This document shows, piece after piece, positions 1 to 8,099 of a stretch of 16,753 nucleotides of DNA. The notes beneath the pieces are model-generated. The model was not told where the DNA came from. It saw only the letters and a list, made by a program, of their open reading frames with translations, and searched no databases. This DNA is from Candidatus Helarchaeota ASGARD archaeon Hel_GB_B (GTDB lineage: Archaea > Asgardarchaeota > Lokiarchaeia > Helarchaeales > HEL-GB-B). A program made the translations under genes and the position numbers. The stretch spans positions 1 to 16,753 of the forward strand of contig SUPR01000075.1 of assembly GCA_005191425.1 (NCBI GenBank), given 5' to 3'. Numbering within the stretch: the stretch's first letter is position 1; every line of letters begins with the position of its first letter.

Positions 1-87
1 CCTAAAAAGAAACCTAAAAAAAGTAAATCAAAAAGAGATCGAAAGAAATCAAAAAGAAGAAGAGGAAATAAATCTAAAAAATCTTGA
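1..87 (+). CDS. nop5: 3' end (partial) of Nop5 (Nop56/58-like) box C/D sRNP scaffold protein
   Basis: Frame 1 is open from base 1 and reads PKKKPKKSKSKRDRKKSKRRRGNKSKKS, ending at TGA 85-87. This Lys/Arg-rich tail sits directly upstream of fibrillarin, matching the conserved archaeal nop5-fibrillarin order. Only the tail is visible. Confidence 0.75.
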   Translation, partial: PKKKPKKSKSKRDRKKSKRRRGNKSKKS

Positions 88-780
88 GTGATTAAGATGA
101 AGTTTAAGAAAATTAAAGATATTGAAGGAGTCTTTGTTTATTATCAAAATGAATTGAAAAAGTTAGCTACAATAAACTTAATACCCGGAAAATCTGTTTA
201 TGGTGAAAATTTAATTAAAAGTGATGATCTTGAATATAGAAATTGGGCAATAAATAGAAGTAAATTAGCTGCAGCAATTTATAAAGGACTATCCAAATTA
301 CCTATTAAAACTGGCTCTGTTGTCTTATATTTAGGTGTATCGTCCGGGACTACTGCAAGTCATATCTCTGATATTATTGGTAATTCAGGTAGAATTTATG
401 GTGTTGATTTTGCTGAGCGTTCTATGAGAGATTTCGTTGCATTATGTGAAGAAAGAAAAAATTTAATCCCTATTTTAGCTGATGCTAGAATACCGGAATC
501 GTATAGGATGCTTATTGAAGAAGTCGATGGTATTTATATGGACGTTGCTCAACCTCAGCAAGCTAAAATATTAATTGATAATGCATTAATGTTTTTAAAA
601 CCAAAAGGATGGTTTCTATTATGTGTTAAATCCCAAAGTATTGATGTTACTAAAAAGCCATCTTTAGTTTTTGAAGAAGAAAAAAAGATTTTAGAAATAA
701 ATGATTTTGAAGTTAAGGAAGAAATAAATTTAGAACCGTTTAGTCTGGACCATGTATTATTTTATGGAATAATGAAATGA
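88..780 (+). CDS. flpA: Fibrillarin-like rRNA/tRNA 2'-O-methyltransferase (archaeal type, no GAR domain)
   Basis: Motifs PGKSVYGE, YRNW..NRSKLAAAI, VLYLGVSSGTTASHISDI, NLIPILADAR.P..Y, DVAQPQQA, LEPFSLDH. Start is GTG 88 or ATG 97. Confidence 0.96.
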   Translation: MIKMKFKKIKDIEGVFVYYQNELKKLATINLIPGKSVYGENLIKSDDLEYRNWAINRSKLAAAIYKGLSKLPIKTGSVVLYLGVSSGTTASHISDIIGNSGRIYGVDFAERSMRDFVALCEERKNLIPILADARIPESYRMLIEEVDGIYMDVAQPQQAKILIDNALMFLKPKGWFLLCVKSQSIDVTKKPSLVFEEEKKILEINDFEVKEEINLEPFSLDHVLFYGIMK

Positions 781-2373
781 TCAAGTTGTTTTATTTTCCT
801 CTTTTTCTGGTGAAATATAAAATCCACTATCAGCTACAAAATTAGGGTCAAATTTTGTTTTTATTTTCCTTAGCCAGATATGATAATTAGAGCATTGTGG
901 TCCATACCAATCGTGCATTTTGTCGCCTTCGATAAAAAATGGTATTCCTAAATGTTCTACTAAGTCTAATTTATTACACCTGTCCAAATATTCAACAAAT
1001 CCCTCAACACTTTCAACTTTTGTCTGGTCATACATTGTAGGGGTTTCTATATGATAAAAGTGTCCATGTTCATAACTTGTTGACCAATTACCTTTTCCTT
1101 CATCGTTCCCAATGAGCCCTTTATCTATATATTCTTTTTTTAAGGGTAGATTTCGTTCCATTAATACTCTACACAATCTTGAGGTATCCATAGAACCATG
1201 AGTTGATTGGAAAGCACCAGTTGCCAAAAATCCATGCATTCCTAATGCACTTCTTAAGGCTTCAGCATAGGCAATATTTGGTGGAATATATTTTCCGGTA
1301 GCTACTACATCTTTAACTTTTAATTCTTCAATTGCTGTTTTTAGTACTTTTTCCTTATATTCAAATTCTCGTTTAGTATTTGCCGTTATGAGTACTACTA
1401 ATGGATTTTTAATTCTCGGACTCGCCACTGCCCTGTTCATTAACTCTTCTTGAGTATTTGAAAAAATTGTATGAAGCCCATAAGTGGAGGTATGAAAACA
1501 CATAAATGTAATCCCCTCTTTTTCGATACGGTCAAAAGCAAGTTCAAGAGTTTCATAATTTTTACAAGAAATTAAATGGAATTGCATATAATTTGGTATA
1601 TCGAAATCATAGTTTGGTATTATATTTTTTATTTCTAATTGTTTTATATTACAAGGAAATGGAAATAACTTAATTGCAACTCTAGTAAATATTCCCAATC
1701 CAGATTTGGTACCGATAAATCCTCTCATAATTCCACGTAAGCTTGGTCCCGGGCCATCACCATGAAACCAATCTGAATTTTCTTTTAATGATAATGAACC
1801 TAATCTTAGAATCTCTCCAGTAGGGAGTACCCATTCAGTTCCTAGAACATTACGTCCACTAAAACCTGTTGATGATGAAGTAAAACCCGGCCCACACATT
1901 GAAGTGGAACTTGCTAATGGCGATACTTGTGGTCCTGCGCCTGGCATATGGCAATTTAATCCATATTTTAATAGTTCGGCTTGTAATTGTGCACCAGTAA
2001 CATATGGTTCTACGACACAATACATATTTTTAGGGTCTATTTTGACAATTTTATTCATTCGACGCAAGTCTACTACAATAACATCATCTTCCGATGGTTG
2101 ATTCCATGGACCAAGTCCGGTGCTTTGTGCTTTAAATTTTAAGTGATATTTATTGCATAATTTTACGAATTTTTGAACTTCTTCTGTAGTAGATGGCAGT
2201 ACAACGGCAATTGGTTTATGCCAAAATGGTATCGGGTCCTTACCTTCCATTACATTGATAAATTCAACACACCAATTATATGTATATGATTCAAGGATAA
2301 CTTCATTGTCAGTTGCGTTTTCCTTACCTACGATATCTTGGATCTCGTTCAAGATTTTTTTATCTATTTTCAT
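781..2373 (-). CDS. FAD-binding oxidoreductase, VAO/PCMH/GlcD superfamily (FAD_binding_4 plus FAD-oxidase C-terminal domain); substrate unknown
   Basis: PIAVVLPSTTEEVQKFVKLCN, VDLRRMNKIVKIDPKNMYCVVEPYVT, VLGTEWVLPTGE.LRLG, GTKSGLGIFT, C-terminal KIKTKFDPNFV. Confidence 0.85.
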   Translation of the reverse strand: MKIDKKILNEIQDIVGKENATDNEVILESYTYNWCVEFINVMEGKDPIPFWHKPIAVVLPSTTEEVQKFVKLCNKYHLKFKAQSTGLGPWNQPSEDDVIVVDLRRMNKIVKIDPKNMYCVVEPYVTGAQLQAELLKYGLNCHMPGAGPQVSPLASSTSMCGPGFTSSSTGFSGRNVLGTEWVLPTGEILRLGSLSLKENSDWFHGDGPGPSLRGIMRGFIGTKSGLGIFTRVAIKLFPFPCNIKQLEIKNIIPNYDFDIPNYMQFHLISCKNYETLELAFDRIEKEGITFMCFHTSTYGLHTIFSNTQEELMNRAVASPRIKNPLVVLITANTKREFEYKEKVLKTAIEELKVKDVVATGKYIPPNIAYAEALRSALGMHGFLATGAFQSTHGSMDTSRLCRVLMERNLPLKKEYIDKGLIGNDEGKGNWSTSYEHGHFYHIETPTMYDQTKVESVEGFVEYLDRCNKLDLVEHLGIPFFIEGDKMHDWYGPQCSNYHIWLRKIKTKFDPNFVADSGFYISPEKEENKTT

Positions 2374-2375
2374 TA

Positions 2376-3650
2376 TTATTCCTCCTTATCCTCCAAACTT
2401 TTTAATAATAATTCGCTCAAGTCATAAAATTTTAATTTTGAGCCCGAATCGTCAATTGCGTCTTTTAAATTGGTCGCACAAAATGGGCAAGCAGAAATTA
2501 AAGATTCTGCTCCTGTGGATTCTGCTTCATCAATTCGATTTTTAGCGGCAAATAGAGCAAAATCCGGATATTGAGCTTTAACTCCGCCTCCAGCTCCACA
2601 GCAATATGAATATTCTTTTATTCGTTCCATTTCTACAAAGTCAATTCCAGGTATTTTTTTCAGTACATTTCTTGGGGGTTCGTATGTCCCATTTGTACCT
2701 CGTCTAAGGGGTTTTGGTGGCACTGGAATGGAAATAAGTGGCATCACTTCGACCATCTTACCATTCCATTCAGGATATGGCTCAGAATCACGTCCTAAAT
2801 GGCATGGATCATGATAAGTTACTTTAATTTTTAGATTCTCTTTTAATTTTAATTTACCTTCATCAATCAATCTATTAAATAATTCTGATGTGTGAGTCAC
2901 CTTGAAATTATATTTTCGATAACGTGGATAATGTGCTTTAAATGTAGAATAACACCCTGCGCAGCTAAATACCACTTCTTCAATTCCTAAACTTTCAATT
3001 AGGTCTAGATTATGGTTCATTAATTCCAATGCTTCCTTTTTCATACCTGTCCTTAGTAAAGGACTTCCACAGCACCATTCATCTGAGCCTAAAAGTTGAA
3101 ATTCGACCCCTGCTTTATTTAATATTTTTGCTGTCGCCTTTGCAATTTCTTTTCTTCTATAAGATGATGTACATCCCACGAAATAAGCAATTTTAGCATT
3201 TTTACTTATTTTTATATCTTCTGAAACCCAGTCCATTCTTTGTTCTGGTGGTTCGTTATATGGATTATGTTTTTCCATAGCATATTCTGCATATAATTTC
3301 TGTTTAGGCATAGGTCCTATACCTTTTTCGACTAACAATTCCCGTAATTCATATATTATTTCAAGAGGTTCTAGCTTATTAAGATATTTACATGAAATTG
3401 CGCACCCACCACATGTAGAACATTTGTATACGATATCTGCAAGATCTTCACTTGGTTCAAGTCTATTTAAATATATCGATAAAGCAAGGATAATTTTGCC
3501 TCCTCCTGAATAAGTATGATAATTGTAATAATCAATAGATGGACAAATAGAGGCATATTTTTGACTTTTTATTTGAATCTGAGGAATCCACTTACATAAC
3601 GAACATCTTAAACATTTTTTAATTGTATCTTCATAATCTTCAAATGGCAT
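2376..3650 (-). CDS. HdrD/GlcF-like Fe-S protein (two ferredoxin-type motifs plus two CCG domains)
   Basis: CLRCSLC...CP and CSTCGGCAISC; CCG-domain motifs YFVGC, WCCGSP, FSCAGC, YHDPCHLGR, YCCGAGGG, SACPFC. Confidence 0.92.
   Translation of the reverse strand: MPFEDYEDTIKKCLRCSLCKWIPQIQIKSQKYASICPSIDYYNYHTYSGGGKIILALSIYLNRLEPSEDLADIVYKCSTCGGCAISCKYLNKLEPLEIIYELRELLVEKGIGPMPKQKLYAEYAMEKHNPYNEPPEQRMDWVSEDIKISKNAKIAYFVGCTSSYRRKEIAKATAKILNKAGVEFQLLGSDEWCCGSPLLRTGMKKEALELMNHNLDLIESLGIEEVVFSCAGCYSTFKAHYPRYRKYNFKVTHTSELFNRLIDEGKLKLKENLKIKVTYHDPCHLGRDSEPYPEWNGKMVEVMPLISIPVPPKPLRRGTNGTYEPPRNVLKKIPGIDFVEMERIKEYSYCCGAGGGVKAQYPDFALFAAKNRIDEAESTGAESLISACPFCATNLKDAIDDSGSKLKFYDLSELLLKSLEDKEE
2381..2387 (-). 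promoter_or_regulatory. Shine-Dalgarno site (AAGGAGG) for the 781-2373 gene, embedded in the last codons of the upstream gene
   Basis: Minus strand reads AAGGAGG-AATAATA-ATG (ATG at 2373). The SD is formed by the K-E-E codons before the TAA at 2378-2376. Confidence 0.75.
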
Positions 3651-3655
3651 ATTTT

Positions 3656-5104
3656 TTATTCCTCCTTAAAACATAATGCACCCCTGTTCATTATATTATT
3701 TGGGTCAAAAATTTCTTTTACTCTCCTTAATGCACTTATCGTTTCATTTGAAACTCTTGCATACATTTCATCAGCCCATAAACCATAGGGACGGTTGAAA
3801 AATGCTCCAATATCCATTAATTTTTTACTTATTTCAAGAAATGATTTCTTAATACTTCCTTCATTAGTGTCTGCCGGATTATAATACAAATCAAATTCGC
3901 AATGGACACCGCACCCTTGATTAATCGGTTGAATATATACGCCTAATTCTAAATCAGTCATCTTACTTACTAAATTATAATGTAATACTGTATTATCGAG
4001 AGTTGTTAGATAAAAAATATCTTGAAAACCACCCTTATATTTTAACCTCCATGATTCTTCGCAAGTTTCATGTATAATTTCAAAAATCTTACTATTATCT
4101 ATATTACCTAATGTTTCTGTCAATTTTATATTATAATCATTTATTACATCGTTTATGTCTGCCAATATATATGAAATCCTATCTTCTCCAAACTGTCCCA
4201 TTCCAGTAAAGTTTGTTATTAAAATCCAGTCCTTTAAATTGCTTAAATTTGAAATATCCGTTCCAAGCAGTGCAGCGAGATTAACTTTATTGACAATAAA
4301 TACCTCATCTGCAGTCCGATACTTTATCAAATAACGCATAAAATCAAAAAAATCTTCAAAATTGTCCGATTGGGAAAACATAAGTTTCTCAGTATCATAT
4401 AAATATTCGCACTTTATTGTCGCCCATGTAACTACACCAAAACAACCTTGTGCCCCTTGAATAAGTCTATAGGGACTAAATTGTGTTGGACCCATTGGAT
4501 TTTTTTGAGCCTGCCCACTTTCAATTTGTTCTTCAATAGTGCCCGGGCCAGCAGCTATACCAGTTCTAAAGTAATCTCCAGTTCCAAATATTACTTCAGT
4601 ACATAGTAAAGGGTCTGAACTATCCCATTGAAATCTTGGGACAATTGGGGGTTCTCGTTCAAGGGCACTTGATAATACCGATTTTGATTTTCTTGGGAAT
4701 AATGGATTTAGTAATCGTAAACCATTTTTTCCTGCTACATCTATTAATTCACCAAAAGTAACGCCTGGTTCTACCATAATTACTCTATTTTTTTTATCAA
4801 TTCGTAATATTTTGTTCATTTTTGATAAATTCATTATTATTGTATTATCCGATTTTGGGACTGTATCTCCATGAAAACGATATTTATTTGGCGAACTTAT
4901 AGGAATAATTGAAATGTTATTTTGATTAGCTAATTTAATAATATCTTGTACTTGATCTGTATTTTCTGGAAAAACAACTAGCAAAGGCTTAATTGGATCA
5001 ACCAAACTTTGATCTTTTGAATATTTCTCAAGGACTTCTTGGCCATCATTAACATTTTCTATGCCACAAATCTCGATCAATTTCTTTTTTATTTGATTAT
5101 TCAT
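3656..5104 (-). CDS. FAD-binding oxidoreductase, VAO/PCMH/GlcD superfamily; divergent paralog of 781-2373
   Basis: PLLVVFPENTDQVQDIIKLAN, MNLSKMNKILRIDKKNRVIMVEPGVT, GAQGCFGVVTWATIK, C-terminal RRVKEIFDPNNIMNRG. Confidence 0.87.
   Translation of the reverse strand: MNNQIKKKLIEICGIENVNDGQEVLEKYSKDQSLVDPIKPLLVVFPENTDQVQDIIKLANQNNISIIPISSPNKYRFHGDTVPKSDNTIIMNLSKMNKILRIDKKNRVIMVEPGVTFGELIDVAGKNGLRLLNPLFPRKSKSVLSSALEREPPIVPRFQWDSSDPLLCTEVIFGTGDYFRTGIAAGPGTIEEQIESGQAQKNPMGPTQFSPYRLIQGAQGCFGVVTWATIKCEYLYDTEKLMFSQSDNFEDFFDFMRYLIKYRTADEVFIVNKVNLAALLGTDISNLSNLKDWILITNFTGMGQFGEDRISYILADINDVINDYNIKLTETLGNIDNSKIFEIIHETCEESWRLKYKGGFQDIFYLTTLDNTVLHYNLVSKMTDLELGVYIQPINQGCGVHCEFDLYYNPADTNEGSIKKSFLEISKKLMDIGAFFNRPYGLWADEMYARVSNETISALRRVKEIFDPNNIMNRGALCFKEE
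3661..3667 (-). promoter_or_regulatory. Shine-Dalgarno site (AAGGAGG) for the 2376-3650 gene, embedded in the last codons of the upstream gene
   Basis: Minus strand reads AAGGAGG-AATAAAAAAT-ATG (ATG at 3650). The SD is again formed by K-E-E codons. Confidence 0.72.
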
Positions 5105-5445
5105 AAAACAACCCTTGCAAAATTTTAAAAATATAAGAATAATTTGATTGATAAATTTTCTCTTAAAAAAATAATTTATATTTTGACATTTGAGATTAAA
5201 TGGAACTCATTAAAATTTTTAAATATTTTCCCATCTCTATATATTTTTTAATTTTAATTTTACGATTATAGTAAAAAATAGATTAAAGAAAATAAAAAAA
5301 AATTATGATGGGTATTATTTTAATTATTATTTTTTTTTTGAGAATTTTAAAAGAAATTGTGGAACATCAAAAATTATAAAAATTAAAGTAATACACTTAA
5401 AAAATACCAAAAAATTAATTCACATTATCTAAAAAAAATTAGGCT

Positions 5446-6909
5446 ATGGCTCAAATGAAAAATTTTGATATGATCTTTATACATCCACCCAGAAATTTTG
5501 AGTATATGAAAAAAAATATCAAAACTAGAAGTTCATATATGATAATGCCAATGGGGATATTTGGATTGGCAGATTTATTAGACCGTGAAGGATATGCTAC
5601 CAAAATTATAAATTATATAATAGAACGTATAATTGACCCAAATTATTCCATAATCAAATTTTTGAAAAAAATTAATGTAAAAGTTATTGGGGTCGATTTA
5701 CATTGGGTTTTACATAGTGCTGGGTCGTTAGAGCTTTTAAGAGTGATAAAAAAGTATTTTCCATCTTGTTTTACTATTTTAGGTGGATTTACAGCAACAT
5801 ATTATGCTAAAGAAATAATGGAAAAATATAATTGGGTCGATGGAATAATTAAAGGTGATGCAGAAGAGCCCATCCTTAAATTAATGAAAAATCTAAATTC
5901 CTTAGATAAGGTTCCAAATTTAATTTATAGAGAAAATGGAAAAATTATCGATAATAAAATAACTTATGTAATAAGGGAATTAAACTCACTAAATTTTTCA
6001 AATTTAAAATTAATGGAACACTGGAATTCGTATTTAAATTATATTTATGATGTTATGCACATGGCATGGCCTGTCGAAATGGCTCGAGGCTGTATGTATA
6101 ATTGTGTTAATTGCGGGGGCTGTAATTATTCAAGCCAAGTTATTTCAAAAAGAAAATTTTATATTTTAAGACGCCCGGAACGTGTAGTAGATGACCTTAG
6201 AAATATAATGGAAATGAGCGATGTCAAGGGTATCTTCTATGGACATGGCGTTTATCCAAAAACCGAAAAATATTTTTTAAAAATTAATGAATTGATACGG
6301 AAAGAAAAACTTGATATTCATGCTGATTTAGAAATTTGGAGAATGCCCATAAGCAAAGAGTTTATTAAAGATTTTGCAAAAACATATATTATTGATAAAT
6401 CTCTACTCTGGTTCAGTGTACGTTCATTTTCTCAATATTATAGAAAAAAATATACCGAATATTTTGGGAAAATAGATAATGCCTTTAATTTCTCGGATAA
6501 AGATTTAAAAAACTTAATGAATCTTACAAAAAAATATAACGTAAAATTAAGGCTCTTTTGGGATGTTGGGAATCCATATGAAACAGGTCTTGATTTATTT
6601 GTTAATTTTCTCAAAGCATTTAAATTAATGGTCGAAAATATCTCTAAAAAAAGTAAGGTTGCTATGTGGTCTGAACCAATAAATTTATCACCGGGTTGTC
6701 TTGTAGAAATGTTTAGTGATGTCTTTGGTGTTAAAAAGCATATGAAAAATTTAAGCGATTATGTCGAAGCAGGTAAAAAGTCAAAAATGTTCCTTCCACC
6801 ACTTGATGTAAGCGTTAATTATAGCACCAATTATTTAACTAAAACTGGAATAAATCTAGCCAACAAATTAATGCTTTTAATAGATTTAATTTCTGTTATT
6901 ATGGACTGA
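5446..6909 (+). CDS. Cobalamin (B12)-binding radical SAM protein; substrate unknown
   Basis: N-terminal B12-binding-like region (PMGIFGLADLL, VIGVDLHW..H, TILGGFTAT, IIKGDAE), ARGCMYNCVNC (CxxxCxxC), RRPERVVDDL, VGNPYET. Confidence 0.88.
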   Translation: MAQMKNFDMIFIHPPRNFEYMKKNIKTRSSYMIMPMGIFGLADLLDREGYATKIINYIIERIIDPNYSIIKFLKKINVKVIGVDLHWVLHSAGSLELLRVIKKYFPSCFTILGGFTATYYAKEIMEKYNWVDGIIKGDAEEPILKLMKNLNSLDKVPNLIYRENGKIIDNKITYVIRELNSLNFSNLKLMEHWNSYLNYIYDVMHMAWPVEMARGCMYNCVNCGGCNYSSQVISKRKFYILRRPERVVDDLRNIMEMSDVKGIFYGHGVYPKTEKYFLKINELIRKEKLDIHADLEIWRMPISKEFIKDFAKTYIIDKSLLWFSVRSFSQYYRKKYTEYFGKIDNAFNFSDKDLKNLMNLTKKYNVKLRLFWDVGNPYETGLDLFVNFLKAFKLMVENISKKSKVAMWSEPINLSPGCLVEMFSDVFGVKKHMKNLSDYVEAGKKSKMFLPPLDVSVNYSTNYLTKTGINLANKLMLLIDLISVIMD

Positions 6910-6989
6910 TTTTTATTAAAAATTAACTAATAACTAATAAGAAATTCATCTTTTTAACAAAAAATATAATGAAATAACTATAAAAAATA

Positions 6990-7691
6990 TTAACGAGTTA
7001 GTATTTTATCGATACCATCACACAGCCAAAATATAGACAATCTCCAATCAATTTCAGCAAGATTTCTACGTTCTAACCATCGTAGATATTTTTTAGTTTC
7101 ATAAATACTTTTATTTAATTTAAATGCAGCTTTTTGAATTCCCTGTACTTCATCTTGAAATTCATAAAGAACTTTAAGCGTATCCTTAATATTATCAATC
7201 ACAGAAGTAATGATAGTTAAAATTGATTTTTCTATATTCTCACCAGTAATAGCACTGGTAGGAAATAATGGATAGTCATTCATAAAAGGAAAATATTGCT
7301 TAAGTTCATTAATAGATTTCTTCTCTTCTTCAGGAAGATCTTGTTTAGTAATTGCAATAACTTTTGGGATATTTGGAAGATAATCATCGAATTCTTTCCA
7401 AATTTTATTAACATCTGTAATATTCAAATCCGAAACGGGGTCTATAAGAAAAATTATACCATCTGCGCCATAAGATAAGATTTTTCTTACAGAATAGAAC
7501 CGTAAATGGCCTGGGGTCCCAAATAAGAATATTTTTAGCCCTTTAATATAAAGTACACCTAAATCTAACGCTACTGTAGTTTCATTTTTATCAATAGACA
7601 TTGCTGGATTATCTTTTCCGAACATTTCAGTAGCTTTTCGTACGAAACTACTTTTTCCAGCATGAAATGGCCCTGTTACTAATATTTTCAT
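6990..7691 (-). CDS. Small P-loop GTPase of the MglA/CvnD-like (COG2229-type) group with a C-terminal winged-helix-like extension
   Basis: G1 GPFHAGKS, G2 TTVALDLG, G3-equivalent FGTPGH.RF, G4 TKQD, G5 TSA. About 65 extra residues with a helix-turn-helix-wing pattern. Confidence 0.85.
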   Translation of the reverse strand: MKILVTGPFHAGKSSFVRKATEMFGKDNPAMSIDKNETTVALDLGVLYIKGLKIFLFGTPGHLRFYSVRKILSYGADGIIFLIDPVSDLNITDVNKIWKEFDDYLPNIPKVIAITKQDLPEEEKKSINELKQYFPFMNDYPLFPTSAITGENIEKSILTIITSVIDNIKDTLKVLYEFQDEVQGIQKAAFKLNKSIYETKKYLRWLERRNLAEIDWRLSIFWLCDGIDKILTR

Positions 7692-8099
7692 ATTTTTTCC
7701 CTTTTGTTAATTGAATTTTTGTCGGGAATTTAATATATTTTTTTAATTTTAATTATAATAGACTATTTGGTTTTTATTTATTTTTATTATCATTATTTTT
7801 ATTAGTAAATTAAATTAAAAGATATTAAAGAAATAAATCAATAAAAAATAAACATAAAATCCTTAATAAGACCTCAGATCATTAAAATTATCAAATTAAT
7901 AGGAACAATAAAGGAGATATTGAAAAGTTATATGCTCTATTTTATAAAGAATATCGGAAAAAACAAATTTTGGGATGTAAGGTATTGGACCAAGTATTAT
8001 ATAAAATTTTTTCAAATTTATATTATAATAATATAATTGAAATAAAAAATGAAATACTATAATGATTAAGAAAGCCGACAAAATTAAGTAATTCAGAAT

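Noticed and set aside
1904-2545. ORF-track ORFs 1904-2101 (+) and 2255-2545 (+)
   Set aside because: Antisense shadows of well-supported oxidase/Fe-S genes, with no recognisable motifs.
6924-6940. Short tandem repeat TAACTAA-TAACTAA-TAA in the convergent gap
   Set aside because: Only about two copies in AT-rich DNA; expected by chance.
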